Assembly (NCBI GenBank): GCA_019120295.1
Contig: DWVI01000004.1
Location: 102,201-166,200 of the forward strand
Origin: Candidatus Onthoplasma faecipullorum
GTDB lineage: Bacteria > Bacillota > Clostridia > Christensenellales > UBA1242
Direction: 5' to 3'
DNA: 64,000 bases
Below, piece by piece: positions 18,001-27,892 of the stretch. Below the pieces are notes generated by a model. It saw only the letters and a list, made by a program, of their open reading frames with translations. It was not told the origin of the DNA and ran no database searches. The translations under genes and the position numbers were made by a program. Positions within the stretch are counted from its first letter, which is position 1, and the number at the start of each line of letters is the position of its first letter.

Positions 18001-21000
18001 ACTCAATGGGAAGATATTGTTGAAACATACGGCGTTGAAGTGGAAGACGAAAATTACATTCGCGTTGATATGCGCGTGTTATATTCAATTTACACTTTTG
18101 ATGTTGTGGTAAATTATGAATTAACTAACCCTAAAAATAATAGTTATGATTTGCTTGTTCCATATCCTAGCATAAATTTGGTGTATGTTTTAAATGGTGT
18201 TAGTGAAACGGCAAATTTCACAAGAGTTGATAACGTTTTAACGTTCACAGGCGTTCCATATGGCGCACAGGTTAGTTTAAATGTTGGCAATATTCCTTCT
18301 GGTTTTTCAGCACTCACAAACTGGACGGACGAACGAGATTTCCAACTAACATCACCATATGTTGCTAGTGCAAGTCAATTGTCGTTCTCAAACATAACAA
18401 GCAATCAAGTATTTAAATATAAATTGGACTACTTATCATACGAAATTAGATTAAATTACCAAAATCAAGGTAGCCCAACAGTGGAAGTAAATAACGTTTT
18501 ATCAAATTCAATCACGCTTTATGATAGTTTAAGAATCACAATGAATGCTAACAAAGCGAGTGGTTTTAGATTTGAAAATATGTACTATTATAGGCAAGAG
18601 TATGTGCAATATACTTACGACGAAAACACATGGAACTCTCAGGCACTCAATTTATACATTTTCTTAAATAACACATACGTTAGAAACGACTCATATGTTT
18701 ACGACGAAAATCAAACTTATTATTCACTTGAAGATGTGATTGTAAACTTTGCAGAAAACACAACATTCACAGATAGTTTATTTAATATTTCAAATTATAA
18801 AAACGAAAATGGCGTAATCAACTTCTATATTGAATATGCTTACATTGAAGTTTTAATCAACAACGTAAATTCAAATTATGCAGATTCACCTAGTTTAAAT
18901 AGGGGCGATTTAACGATAATGCCAGAAGATTACACCACTTATTCAGTGTCAGTGTATTCTAATGGAATTGAAACTGAAATTGAACCAGGTGAAACGGTTG
19001 ATTATAGAGATAGAGTTATAATTCGCATTTCATTTAATAGCGTTGAAATTGATGGTCAATCGTTTGATTTAGGTCGCGGAATTGAATTAGTATTAGTAAA
19101 TTTCTTAACCTTTGATTCGTACACTTTTGAACGAATTGACGACGAAGAATACACTTATCTTTTAGTGATAAACATTAGCGATATAATCGCAAACATTCCA
19201 GATAGTGGCGAACTCACAATAAATTATTATTATAGAGTTAAAACTGTTAACACCACCATAACAACAAATATCACTTCAAGTTCGTTTTATTACACTGACA
19301 ATGGAAGAGTGTTCTATCTTCAAGCAAACGGTATTGAAGGCGGTTTTGGTGGAATTATTTTAGGTATTGGTGATAGAGATTTATCTCTTACATATCCATT
19401 CCAATTTTTAGGCACTGTTTCGTTTGATTATTGGTTTATTGACTCAAATTATTCCAATTACTTTAAAATCACAGGCATTAGACTGTATGATAGCACAGGT
19501 CGAGAACTAGAAAATTTTGCAGACTATGGAATTTATCCGCAGTACGACGGTGAAATTCTAGAAAGCGTGCGCACTAGATACGTTGAAGATGTGACAATTC
19601 ACTTAATAGTTCAACCGATTATACTATTTAATGGTGCAACTGTTGTTAATGGTGACTACGTTTTCACAAGCATGTTTATATGTAACAATGAAGGTATAGG
19701 AAGTCCACAAGAATTAACTATTGGTAGCACGCAAGCATACCAAATTCAAACGAGTGAATTGATTTTATCCACACTCCGCGATGAACTTGGAATTTATAAT
19801 ATTTATTACACAAATTCAAATTCAGTTAGAGTTCAACCAACAAACGTTGGTAGATATGAACTTCACTTTGTGTTCAATTCAAGCGGTGATTTTGAGTGGA
19901 TAAATGAATTAAATTTAAATTACCGAGTTTATTTAGATATAATACCGAGAGACGTGCAAATAACTTATGATATATCACGAACATTTAGTAAAACGTATGA
20001 TGGCAATTCAACAGTCGACCCAGGGCTTGTTACACAATATCTAGTGATTACTGATAACGCCGGAATGAATTTAAATTATTCAACTCAATATAATTTTGCC
20101 TTGGCTTCCACAATAACTGGAAGAATAACCTACACAGATAGGGGTCAAGAAGTTGAAACAAGCAGAGCAAATGAAGATGTGTATTACAATATCTATTTGT
20201 CCGGTTTGGCATTTACCAACACAGCGTTTAGCAACAACTTTAACTTAACCAATTCAACTTTAACAATAATCGGTGTTATGCGAATAAATCGCAAACCAAT
20301 TGATATTGTTGGAATTGTTGCGGACGATAAAGTTTATGACGGCACAAATGCAGTTACATTAAGTGGAACAGAAAATATCAATTTACGCGGAATTGTTGCG
20401 GACGACGATGTAAGTTTGTTATTAGATAACATGGTTATAACGTTTGAAAACGCAGATATTGGCGCAAATAAAGATATTGGTGTTGTGTCTGATAACACAC
20501 TAACTGGTGAAGATGCAAGCAATTATGTGTTAAACCCAGTAACAGGAATAACTGCTAGCATTTATCCATACCAAGTTAGCACAACTATTGAAGGTTTTGG
20601 TGAAATCACAGTAATTAATGAGCGCGGTTTAACTGATAAATCAAAAGTTTCACTCATTCCAATAGGCGCAACGCTAAGCGTATATTCGTTTGTAAATGAT
20701 AGTCAAGATTATTTAAATATTTACAACCTAATAGCAAGTTATCTATCAAATGGTAGAGTGTTTGAAATTGGTATTGAACTTCATTTTGTTCAAAATGGAG
20801 TTGAATTAAATTTATCTAATGATTTATATATTTCTTTACCAAAAGTGGATAGATTAACAGGTGTTGTTTATTTAACAGGTGAAAACACAGGCGAGTTGAC
20901 TTACACTGAGCAAGAAAACACAATTTTAGTTGATTTAAGCCAGTTTGAAGCAGATGTTAACACATTGTTTATCACAAGGCAACGAGTGTTGCTCGAATTG

Positions 21001-21117
21001 TGGCAAATCATTTTGATTGTAATATTCTCATTGCTACTATTAATAGCAATAATCATTATAATTGTAATCTCTCGTAAGAGAAAGAAAGAGCGTTACAGCA
21101 TAAATGATAGAATTTAG
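15073..21117 (+). CDS. Giant cell-surface protein (about 2014 aa) with signal peptide, N/Y/T/S-rich beta-type repeats, C-terminal YDG-motif (MBG/adhesin-like) repeats and a C-terminal TM anchor
   Basis: AGGAG RBS before the ATG at 15073, which overlaps the trxB stop codon (ATGA). Signal peptide MRKRISCIFTFVLVICSLIFVAPLGGTYA. KTYDGNSTV and KVYDGTNAVT repeats lie near the C-terminus, followed by a hydrophobic anchor and RKRKKE. Confidence 0.8.
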   Translation: MRKRISCIFTFVLVICSLIFVAPLGGTYAYEPTDIVDSKYLITTDIGDNQVYLSNEVAGKTSGYGRFVIDAQNVTLSTTAEQGYSVAGWNITYVDEDRSEFVNANDAVLGENNVYTQTVDIDSNYNVNITINYFDEYSNGVFNYSTFTISRVFGDLQVEPVFKYNYYKVQVDDALTIGNITELDNINLSASETLYYENSSVADGVTYYTNSYIYSDEGLFYFGDLYSENQIITSGDISESLTRYYTLHYSSSLVGSSEKVDYSLGAYRIGENVNYNLNIALSSAIEDSVNIEITATNLITSEGTTALPNTGESNYYSVESDSFLRSSSYYVNFVVTHSSNLINTVDIVYNNLYLVTLVARIDGEVVTDVQETDVLNVVSVLYQYSQINNKQYFAKSQENNDGFAFRVSTIDVISKMIDGRVYNYYEFDSLDGDNQLYKTYPTINNNFEITIDYVSIDYTVDFAFAVNHNGTLNVLEGNYNLESPITANRGDELQINKTDISNNIGYDFYGFTLTTTSFQENDSITIEIDEERPENVTVIMVYELIDYTINIRNFDQITLINGEQTIYPITRIDYTHTRESSSNTYSIYDQDLRSAENNSISLSVTANLNDSISLSTYVNNGFSILGYRLSELDNLSSGSTFSLNISQDIISQFADGTNINIYIYEDFVRYTSTFYIDPSLDTNTNQMVVMADIDVTAPEYAVVNKSFVVETGDVDYSVRHTIVVSNLKLYDQVSMNSVGREISNDQGESYRYIFVRFTENGLVNLDYTLNEDTNTYTHTSQIIRDNSISVVYSMESSKLYVSTNRADAYDLSLVTFMRNGEVVEKNEDGTIDAEEGELTVVLNPMSEDRTFAFGYSFVGYTFIKGGVSETVQSLNTTFVLQTIGSSVQYLELNFIELEYRLQVSQYGGDYDGELVEFEENQTYTSLDITDLTLEFEKPTGYYVSATYFVSNVENLYPEIVESNSNVTYTFSYTFNLTQWEDIVETYGVEVEDENYIRVDMRVLYSIYTFDVVVNYELTNPKNNSYDLLVPYPSINLVYVLNGVSETANFTRVDNVLTFTGVPYGAQVSLNVGNIPSGFSALTNWTDERDFQLTSPYVASASQLSFSNITSNQVFKYKLDYLSYEIRLNYQNQGSPTVEVNNVLSNSITLYDSLRITMNANKASGFRFENMYYYRQEYVQYTYDENTWNSQALNLYIFLNNTYVRNDSYVYDENQTYYSLEDVIVNFAENTTFTDSLFNISNYKNENGVINFYIEYAYIEVLINNVNSNYADSPSLNRGDLTIMPEDYTTYSVSVYSNGIETEIEPGETVDYRDRVIIRISFNSVEIDGQSFDLGRGIELVLVNFLTFDSYTFERIDDEEYTYLLVINISDIIANIPDSGELTINYYYRVKTVNTTITTNITSSSFYYTDNGRVFYLQANGIEGGFGGIILGIGDRDLSLTYPFQFLGTVSFDYWFIDSNYSNYFKITGIRLYDSTGRELENFADYGIYPQYDGEILESVRTRYVEDVTIHLIVQPIILFNGATVVNGDYVFTSMFICNNEGIGSPQELTIGSTQAYQIQTSELILSTLRDELGIYNIYYTNSNSVRVQPTNVGRYELHFVFNSSGDFEWINELNLNYRVYLDIIPRDVQITYDISRTFSKTYDGNSTVDPGLVTQYLVITDNAGMNLNYSTQYNFALASTITGRITYTDRGQEVETSRANEDVYYNIYLSGLAFTNTAFSNNFNLTNSTLTIIGVMRINRKPIDIVGIVADDKVYDGTNAVTLSGTENINLRGIVADDDVSLLLDNMVITFENADIGANKDIGVVSDNTLTGEDASNYVLNPVTGITASIYPYQVSTTIEGFGEITVINERGLTDKSKVSLIPIGATLSVYSFVNDSQDYLNIYNLIASYLSNGRVFEIGIELHFVQNGVELNLSNDLYISLPKVDRLTGVVYLTGENTGELTYTEQENTILVDLSQFEADVNTLFITRQRVLLELWQIILIVIFSLLLLIAIIIIIVISRKRKKERYSINDRI

Positions 21118-21125
21118 GAGTTACG

Positions 21126-21665
21126 ATGTTTGAATGTAAATATAAAATTGAAGAAAAAGATTGTGTCACATGCGCAAAGTACGTGTACAAATCTCAAAAA
21201 CGCAAACAAGATAAGATTATAGCAGTGCTTATTCCTATATTGTTTGTGGCAATTATTGCTATGCTTATTTATAACGCATGCACTGGTCAATCGGTGGTTT
21301 GGGAAATAATCATGGCGGTTGCGCTTGTCGTTTTGGAAGTATTTTATCTTCTTATTCCTGTTATGCTTGTTAGGTCGCAGAAAAAGTCGTTCAAACAACA
21401 AAAATTAGACGAAATTGACTATTTGCAAATTGTTATAGACGGTCCTAATTGCGTTGAAACACTTGTTAAAGACGGAAAAGAAATTGCAAAAAATGTGCAC
21501 GGACTAAGAAGTTTAACAAGTTACCTAGAAGACGGCGAAAGGTTAGTGCTTGTGTTTAATAAAGTTGAGTTTGTGTGCATTAGAAAAAGCGAACTAACAG
21601 GTGGGCTTGAAAAATTAAAGGCACATTTAGAAAAAATGATGAGCAAGTCAACCGCAAAAAAATAA
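21126..21665 (+). CDS. Small membrane protein (possibly YcxB-like)
   Basis: 179 aa with two central TM helices and a soluble C-terminal domain. The family call is tentative. Confidence 0.5.
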   Translation: MFECKYKIEEKDCVTCAKYVYKSQKRKQDKIIAVLIPILFVAIIAMLIYNACTGQSVVWEIIMAVALVVLEVFYLLIPVMLVRSQKKSFKQQKLDEIDYLQIVIDGPNCVETLVKDGKEIAKNVHGLRSLTSYLEDGERLVLVFNKVEFVCIRKSELTGGLEKLKAHLEKMMSKSTAKK

Positions 21666-21711
21666 ATCAAAACAATATGCGATTGTAAATTTTCAAACTA
21701 TATTTTAATGA

Positions 21712-21745
21712 AAAATAAAAAACCACTTAAAAGTGGTTTTTTTGT
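21712..21745. terminator. Bidirectional terminator between convergent genes
   Basis: AACCACTT-aa-AAGTGGTT, flanked by an A-run on one side and a T-run on the other. Confidence 0.7.
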
Positions 21746-21812
21746 TTGAACTTGATATAAATAAAGATTAAAATTTTTATTCAAATTTTATTATAAAGAT
21801 AGTTGAGTATTT

Positions 21813-22916
21813 TTATTTTGCATGTGATTTTTTAAGGTATTCGTTGATAAATGGGGTAAGGTCGCCGTCCATAACCGCTTGCACATTGCTCGTTTCATAA
21901 TCTGTTCGGTGGTCTTTAACCATAGTGTAAGGTTGGAACACGTAACTTCTAATTTGGCTTCCCCATTCAATGCGCTTTAATTCGCCTTTAATATCCTGCA
22001 TATTTTTGCGCGCCTTTTCTTCTTCAAGAGCAACGAGTTTACTTGTTAAAATTTTCATAGCAAGTTCGCGGTTTTGAAGTTGACTGCGCTCATTTTGGCA
22101 AGTTACAACAATACCTGTTGGTATGTGTGTAATTCTAACAGCAGTTTCCACTTTGTTCACATTTTGACCACCTGCACCACCGCTTCGGTATGTGTCTATT
22201 TTCAAATCTTCATTGTTGATTTTCACAGTGGTTTCTTTGCTAATTGCAGGCACAACTTCAACGGAAGCAAAACTAGTATGCCTACGTTTGTTGCTATCAA
22301 ACGGACTAATTCTAACTAATCTATGAACGCCCATTTCACCTTTTAGTTTTCCGTAGGCATAATCACCCTTTATCCATAAAACGGCGGTTTTTAGCCCAAT
22401 GTCGTTTCCTTCAACTTTGTCCACAGCAGAAAACTCAAAACCATTTTTGCTAGCGTACATCTTATACATTCTAACTAGCATAACCACCCAGTCCTGTGCT
22501 TCCGTTCCGCCTGCACCTGAATGAATTGTTAAAATGGCGTCGTTATTATCATATTTTTCGTCAAGTAGGGTACGGACGTTTAAGTTTTCCACTTTATCTT
22601 TTAACTCTAACATTTCATCGAATGCAAGGTTTAACATTTCAATATCAGTGTTTTTTTCTAACTCTTTAACTGTTGCAATAAGGCTAGACAATTCGTTTTG
22701 CAAACTAGTAACATCATTAAATAATTCTTGCAGTGCTTTAATTTCCTTATTTGTTTGCATTGCATAATCTAAATTATTCCAAAAAGAAAGAGACTCTCTC
22801 TCTTTTAACAATTTATTTAATTGCTCTTGTTGGGCTTCCAAGTGCAAGCAACTTTTTGTTAACTCAAACTTGTTAACCAAAAAGGACAATTCTTCGCTAA
22901 TGTTTTCAATATTCAT
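21813..22916 (-). CDS. prfB: Peptide chain release factor 2
   Basis: 367 aa with the SPF tripeptide (RISPFD) and the GGQ motif ([20 protein letters not shown]). It is a single uninterrupted frame. Confidence 0.93.
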   Translation of the reverse strand: MNIENISEELSFLVNKFELTKSCLHLEAQQEQLNKLLKERESLSFWNNLDYAMQTNKEIKALQELFNDVTSLQNELSSLIATVKELEKNTDIEMLNLAFDEMLELKDKVENLNVRTLLDEKYDNNDAILTIHSGAGGTEAQDWVVMLVRMYKMYASKNGFEFSAVDKVEGNDIGLKTAVLWIKGDYAYGKLKGEMGVHRLVRISPFDSNKRRHTSFASVEVVPAISKETTVKINNEDLKIDTYRSGGAGGQNVNKVETAVRITHIPTGIVVTCQNERSQLQNRELAMKILTSKLVALEEEKARKNMQDIKGELKRIEWGSQIRSYVFQPYTMVKDHRTDYETSNVQAVMDGDLTPFINEYLKKSHAK

Positions 22917-23007
22917 AATCGTATTATAACAAAAAAACTTTATTTAATCAACTTTTTTATAAACACAATAAAACTTTAAAAGTTATATAAATTTTGAATT
23001 TAATTTA

Positions 23008-23037
23008 AAAATAAAAAACACACCATGTGGTGTGTTT
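23008..23037 (-). terminator. Terminator after rpsR
   Basis: AACACACCA / TGGTGTGTT stem followed on the minus strand by a T-run. Confidence 0.65.
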
Positions 23038-23051
23038 GTAAAATTTTTATT

Positions 23052-23348
23052 TTAGTCACCGCTAAATGGAAGCAATGCCATATTTCTTGCGCGCTTAATT
23101 GCAACGGTCAATTCACGTTGGTGACGAGCGCATGTTCCAGTTTGACGTGAAGGGATAATTTTACCTTTTTCTGTTACAAACTTTTTAAGCCTGTTAACAT
23201 CTTTGTAATCAATAGGTTTTTTATCTTCACAGAAAGCGCAAACTTTTTTCTTAGACTTTGCATGTTTGAAAAACTTTTTCTTTTCTTGAACAGGTTTTGC
23301 ACTTTCTTCAACAACTGGTTGATTAACAACTTCTTTTTCGTTTTCCAT
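23052..23348 (-). CDS. rpsR: 30S ribosomal protein S18 (with an N-terminal extension of about 30 aa)
   Basis: C-terminal [50 protein letters not shown]. Confidence 0.92.
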   Translation of the reverse strand: MENEKEVVNQPVVEESAKPVQEKKKFFKHAKSKKKVCAFCEDKKPIDYKDVNRLKKFVTEKGKIIPSRQTGTCARHQRELTVAIKRARNMALLPFSGD

Positions 23349-23419
23349 GTTTTTCTCCTTTATAATATTTTCACATTAAATTGTAAATTTTATCAAATAA
23401 TTGTAAATTATTTAAATGA

Positions 23420-23827
23420 TTAGAATGGTAAACTATCATCGTCAACAGGTTGCAAGTCGCTAACAGGAGCGCCTGAACTTGTTGTAACACCTGATTCAGT
23501 TGAACCATCGTTTCTAGTTGATAAAAATTCAACTTCGTCTGCAACAATGTCTACTGCAAAACCTTTTGTGCCGTCACTCTTTTCATAATTTCTTGTTTGA
23601 ATAGAGCCAACAACAGCAATTTTGCTACCTTTCTTCAAATATTTAGCGCAATTTTCAGCGGTTGCACGCCAAGCGGAAACATTGAAGAAATCTGTATCTC
23701 TTCCGCCGTCCGCATTAGCAAAACGACGAGACACAGCAATAGACAACCTGCACACAGACACACCACTAGTGGTTGTTGATAATTCAGGGTCCCTAGTTAG
23801 ATTACCAATTAAATACACTTTGTTCAT
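23420..23827 (-). CDS. ssb: Single-stranded DNA-binding protein
   Basis: OB-fold N-terminus MNKVYLIGNLTRDPEL and acidic tip DDDSLPF. It sits in the conserved rpsF-ssb-rpsR arrangement. Confidence 0.92.
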   Translation of the reverse strand: MNKVYLIGNLTRDPELSTTTSGVSVCRLSIAVSRRFANADGGRDTDFFNVSAWRATAENCAKYLKKGSKIAVVGSIQTRNYEKSDGTKGFAVDIVADEVEFLSTRNDGSTESGVTTSSGAPVSDLQPVDDDSLPF

Positions 23828-23926
23828 ATTAATTCTCCTAACACTTTACTTAAAAATTGGAGAGATTTATAATTTTTCAACCAATTTTAAGTTAAATAGA
23901 AATCATAAATGTTTCTTATTTTAATA

Positions 23927-24208
23927 CTATTTTGCAACAATCATGTAACGCATTATGTTGTTAGTGATTGATAGCAAAGCACCAAGCCTGTTTGGAACAT
24001 TGGCGTCTGTTGAAAAGTTTGTTAACACGTAGAAACCTTCGCGCTTTTTATCAATTGGGTATGCAAGTTTTTTGTTTCCAATGCGCTCAACAGATTCAAT
24101 TTTTCCGCCGTCTTTTTCAATCATTCCGTTTACAAGAGCAATAAGAGCTTCTTTTTCTTCATCAGTAGATTGACTAGGAATGATATACATCAACTCGTAA
24201 TTTTTCAC
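23927..24208 (-). CDS. rpsF: 30S ribosomal protein S6
   Basis: MKNYELMYII... is typical of S6. GTG start with an AAGGAGG RBS. Confidence 0.9.
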   Translation of the reverse strand: MKNYELMYIIPSQSTDEEKEALIALVNGMIEKDGGKIESVERIGNKKLAYPIDKKREGFYVLTNFSTDANVPNRLGALLSITNNIMRYMIVAK

Positions 24209-24357
24209 ATTAACCTCCTTGTGGACTATTGACCTAAAAATTAGGTAAGGAACGCTTTAAGCGTCAAGTGGCATTTCAAATCGACTTAAAATTAGCCACT
24301 TGTGTTAAAATTAACTTTTAACGCTTGCATTATAACATATAAAAATAAAAAAAGCAA
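24209..24357 (-). promoter_or_regulatory. rpsF promoter plus a structured 5' leader of about 110 nt (candidate S6:S18 autoregulatory leader)
   Basis: On the minus strand: TTGCTT (24357-24352), 17 nt spacer, TATAAT (24334-24329). The leader contains the AAGTGGC...GCCACTT and GACGCTT/AAGCGTT hairpins. Confidence 0.4.
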
Positions 24358-24491
24358 TAATTATTTTAAAAATTTATTTAGAGAATGAATGCACCAAACC
24401 TACATTTTGTTTTTAAATCAGCAATTTAGACAAAATTGTCACTAAAAATATTGCCTAATAATACAAAATTTTTCCAATTTCTTAAAATTAT

Positions 24492-24520
24492 TTTACAAAA
24501 CACATTGTTTATATTATAAT
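24492..24520 (+). promoter_or_regulatory. SigA-type promoter for glnS
   Basis: TTTACA, 17 nt spacer, TATAAT, located 40 nt upstream of the ATG. Confidence 0.6.
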
Positions 24521-24560
24521 AAAAACGTAAAAAGTTAAAATGGTTTTAGGAGTATTTTAA

Positions 24561-26192
24561 ATGGAAAATATAACACCTTCAAATTTTATAGAACAAGCAA
24601 TAGTGGAAGATATTAAGGAAAAAGGTTTAAAGAAAATAGTAACTCGTTTTCCGCCTGAACCTAATGGCTACACACACATTGGTCACTGCAAGGCAATATG
24701 TATAGATTTTTTAACGGCTGAAAAGTTTAAAGGTTACACAAATCTTAGAATGGACGACACAAACCCAAGCAAAGAGAGCGAAGTGTACGTAAAAGCACTT
24801 ATGGACGACATTAAATGGCTCGGTTTTAAGTGGAAAAATTTATATTACGCTAGTGATTATTATGATTTTCTATATAACTGCGCAATCGACTTAATAAAAC
24901 AAGGTAAGGCATATGTTTGTGATTTGTCGGCGGACGAAATATCTCAAACTCGCGGAACTTTAACTGAACCGGGTAAAGAATGTCCATATAGAAATAGGTC
25001 GATTGAAGAAAATTTGCGCTTGTTTGAAGAAATGAGAGCAGGGAAGTATGCAGACGGCGAAAAGACCTTGCGAGCAAAAATAGATATGGCAAATCCAAAC
25101 ATCAATATGCGTGACCCTGTTATATATAGAATTATGCACGTAACGCATTATAGGCAAGGGGATAAATGGTGCATTTATCCAATGTACGATTTTGCACACC
25201 CACTTAGCGACGCACACGAAGGAATTACACATTCACTTTGTAGTTTAGAGTTTGAAGACCACAGACCACTTTACAATTGGTTTGTTGATAATTGTAGATT
25301 GATTACAGGTGTAAAACCACGTCAAATAGAGTTTGCTAGATTAAACATTGCAGGCACAGTTATATCAAAACGTTACTTTATTGAGTTGGTTGACGGCGGA
25401 TATGTTGACGGCTGGGACGACCCACGCCTTCCAACGCTTGCTGGTTTTAGAAGAAAAGGTTACACTGCTAGTGCTATTAAGGAATTTTGCACTCGTATTG
25501 GTGTTGCTAAATCTAATAGTTTAGTTCAACCACATATTTTGGAAGCATGCATTCGTGAAGAGTTAAATAAAACCGCTTTACGCGTCATGGCTGTTCTCGA
25601 CCCAATAAAAGTGGTTTTAACAAATTATGATAGTAAAAAAACAGAAGACGTTGAGATATCAAACAATCCAACCATTGAAAAAAGTAAGAAACACACAGTA
25701 AAATTTTCAAACGAACTATACATTGAACGAGAAGATTTTATGGAAATCCCTGCGCCAAAATTTTTCCGTTTAACTCCAAACGGTTATGTGCGTTTAATGG
25801 GCGCTTACGTAATTAAATGCGACGAAGTTGTGAAAAACAAATCAGGCGAAATTGATTACTTAAAATGTTCAATCGTGTACGACGCAAAAGAACAAGGCAT
25901 TAAACCAAAGGGCACAATTCACTGGTTAAGTGTTAAACATTCAGAAAAAATTCGCACACGTAAATTTAATAGTCTGCTAAAAGAAGGCGAAGTGTACGAA
26001 CAAGGAATGCTTGATAAAATTATCAACCCTAACTCAATGGAAGAGCGCGTTTCATACATCGAACCATTTGCACTAAAACAAAAAGGCAATATGCAATTCG
26101 TTAGAAATGGTTATTATATTGAAGATTGCGTTTTAAGTAAAAAGAACGATAGAGTTTATTTGGAAACTGTTGGTTTGAAAGATAGTAAATAG
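24561..26192 (+). CDS. glnS: Glutaminyl-tRNA synthetase
   Basis: 543 aa. HIGH motif (PNGYTHIGHCKA) and a KMSKS-like VISKR, with overall GlnRS architecture. Confidence 0.9.
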   Translation: MENITPSNFIEQAIVEDIKEKGLKKIVTRFPPEPNGYTHIGHCKAICIDFLTAEKFKGYTNLRMDDTNPSKESEVYVKALMDDIKWLGFKWKNLYYASDYYDFLYNCAIDLIKQGKAYVCDLSADEISQTRGTLTEPGKECPYRNRSIEENLRLFEEMRAGKYADGEKTLRAKIDMANPNINMRDPVIYRIMHVTHYRQGDKWCIYPMYDFAHPLSDAHEGITHSLCSLEFEDHRPLYNWFVDNCRLITGVKPRQIEFARLNIAGTVISKRYFIELVDGGYVDGWDDPRLPTLAGFRRKGYTASAIKEFCTRIGVAKSNSLVQPHILEACIREELNKTALRVMAVLDPIKVVLTNYDSKKTEDVEISNNPTIEKSKKHTVKFSNELYIEREDFMEIPAPKFFRLTPNGYVRLMGAYVIKCDEVVKNKSGEIDYLKCSIVYDAKEQGIKPKGTIHWLSVKHSEKIRTRKFNSLLKEGEVYEQGMLDKIINPNSMEERVSYIEPFALKQKGNMQFVRNGYYIEDCVLSKKNDRVYLETVGLKDSK

Positions 26193-26199
26193 AAAATGA

Positions 26200-26228
26200 A
26201 AAATCGCGTTATGCGGTTTTTTATTTTT
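26200..26228 (+). terminator. glnS terminator
   Basis: AATCGC-gttat-GCGGTT followed by a T-run. Confidence 0.55.
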
Positions 26229-26388
26229 TAAATTTACAAAAATATTTTTTAAAATTCAAAAAAAATACTAAAAATAAGCAAATTTATTAAAATTTTTAAT
26301 TATTTTTAATAAAATTATTTATTTTTTAAAATTTTTTAATATGTTTATTTTATTTTTAAAATTGTATTTTTTGTGATATAATTTAATT

Positions 26389-27072
26389 ATGAACGCAAGA
26401 GCAAAACGAATAGGCATGAATGTTCTTTCGTCAATCATTGTGATTTTCATAATGGTTGTTTCTTTTTTTGCACTAATAAACATTGTTTTTAATTTTGTGT
26501 ACATCAAAACGCCTGTTCGTGGCTTTTCAATGCAACCAACTTTCAATGCGTCTGTAAGCGACCCAAATATTGATGGTGACACAGCGTATGTAAATCGCTA
26601 TTCGTCTTACAACGTAAACGATATTGTTGTGGCGAGTGTTAGTTGGTGGGATAAGGGAACAATTATCAAACGTTTAATTGCAAAACCGGGGGATAATTTT
26701 AAGATTGTTGAAAATGATAATTCTTATTCGTTAATTGTGAATGGAACTTTACTTTATTCAATAGAAAAAAACGGAAACACTATTCATGATTTAGAATTGG
26801 AAAACTATTACAATTATTACACTTCCTATGTGGACGCTAGGCGAGGAACAGCGTCTATCCAACTTGATAGCGAAGGGCAGGAAGTTGTTGTGATGCAAGA
26901 AAATGAATATTTTCTAATGGGAGATAATTGGCTAGAGAGTGAAGATTGTTTACTTCATGGACCAGTTACAGCAAACGAAATAATAGGAAGAGTGGAAATG
27001 GTTATAAAATATGGTGAAAATAGAGTTTTTAGTTTAATGCAACAAATGTTAAGTATAGCGTTTTCAGTGTAG
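26389..27072 (+). CDS. lepB: Signal peptidase I
   Basis: TM anchor, catalytic Ser box GFSMQPT, Lys box IKRLIAKPGD, and GDNWLESEDC. Confidence 0.88.
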   Translation: MNARAKRIGMNVLSSIIVIFIMVVSFFALINIVFNFVYIKTPVRGFSMQPTFNASVSDPNIDGDTAYVNRYSSYNVNDIVVASVSWWDKGTIIKRLIAKPGDNFKIVENDNSYSLIVNGTLLYSIEKNGNTIHDLELENYYNYYTSYVDARRGTASIQLDSEGQEVVVMQENEYFLMGDNWLESEDCLLHGPVTANEIIGRVEMVIKYGENRVFSLMQQMLSIAFSV

Positions 27073-27078
27073 GTGAAT

Positions 27079-27786
27079 ATGGAATTAATTAAAGAAAAAT
27101 GGACAAAATCGGACGGAATTGAATTTCAAAACTATTTAAAAATTAGGCAAAATGAAAAAAAACAAGATTTTTCAAGAAAAATCGCAAACACAAATTTTCC
27201 TGTGCTTGGAATAATGACACCCGAATTAAAAAAGATTGCAAAAAAGATATGTAAGGGCAATTTTATATCATTTTTAGATTTAAATTTAACTGAATATTAT
27301 GAAAATTTACTTATAAATGGCTTTTTGATTGCAAACATAAAAGATTTTAACGAATTTAAAACTAGATTATATGATTATGGAAAAATTGTTGATAGTTGGG
27401 CGTGTTGTGATTTATTAAAATTTGATATTAAAGAAAAAGATAGAAATAATTTTTTAAATTTATCACTTGAGTACATAAAAGATAATCATATTTTTATTAG
27501 GCGCATAGGTGTGATACTTTGGTTTGGTTTGTTAAAGTTCGACGATTGCTTTGAAAAAATTTCGAAGAATATTGGAACGTTAAAAAATGAAAATGAATAT
27601 TACGTAAATATGGCGCTAAGTTGGTTTATTGCAGAATGTTTTATAAAGCGAAGAAATGAAACAATTAAACTTTTTAATTCAAACGTTTTAAACACTTTTG
27701 TAACAAATAAATCAATACAAAAAATTAGAGAAAGTTTTCGGGCAAGTGATAGTGATAAACAAATGCTCTTAAAATATAAAAAATAA
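27079..27786 (+). CDS. DNA alkylation repair (AlkD-like HEAT-repeat) family protein
   Basis: The N-terminal pattern and length match the DNA_alkylation family. The track start at 27073 is a GTG two codons upstream. Confidence 0.65.
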   Translation: MELIKEKWTKSDGIEFQNYLKIRQNEKKQDFSRKIANTNFPVLGIMTPELKKIAKKICKGNFISFLDLNLTEYYENLLINGFLIANIKDFNEFKTRLYDYGKIVDSWACCDLLKFDIKEKDRNNFLNLSLEYIKDNHIFIRRIGVILWFGLLKFDDCFEKISKNIGTLKNENEYYVNMALSWFIAECFIKRRNETIKLFNSNVLNTFVTNKSIQKIRESFRASDSDKQMLLKYKK

Positions 27787-27892
27787 ATTTATAAAAAATA
27801 GTTAAAAAATTATTAAAAAATAAAAAAATGTGCAAAAAAATTAAAATTATTTTTAAAAATTTATTAAAAAATAATTTCACAATTTAATTTTT

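Noticed and set aside
24360-24560. T-box leader upstream of glnS
   Set aside because: I found no specifier-loop, T-box or antiterminator sequence. The promoter lies only about 40 nt from the start codon.
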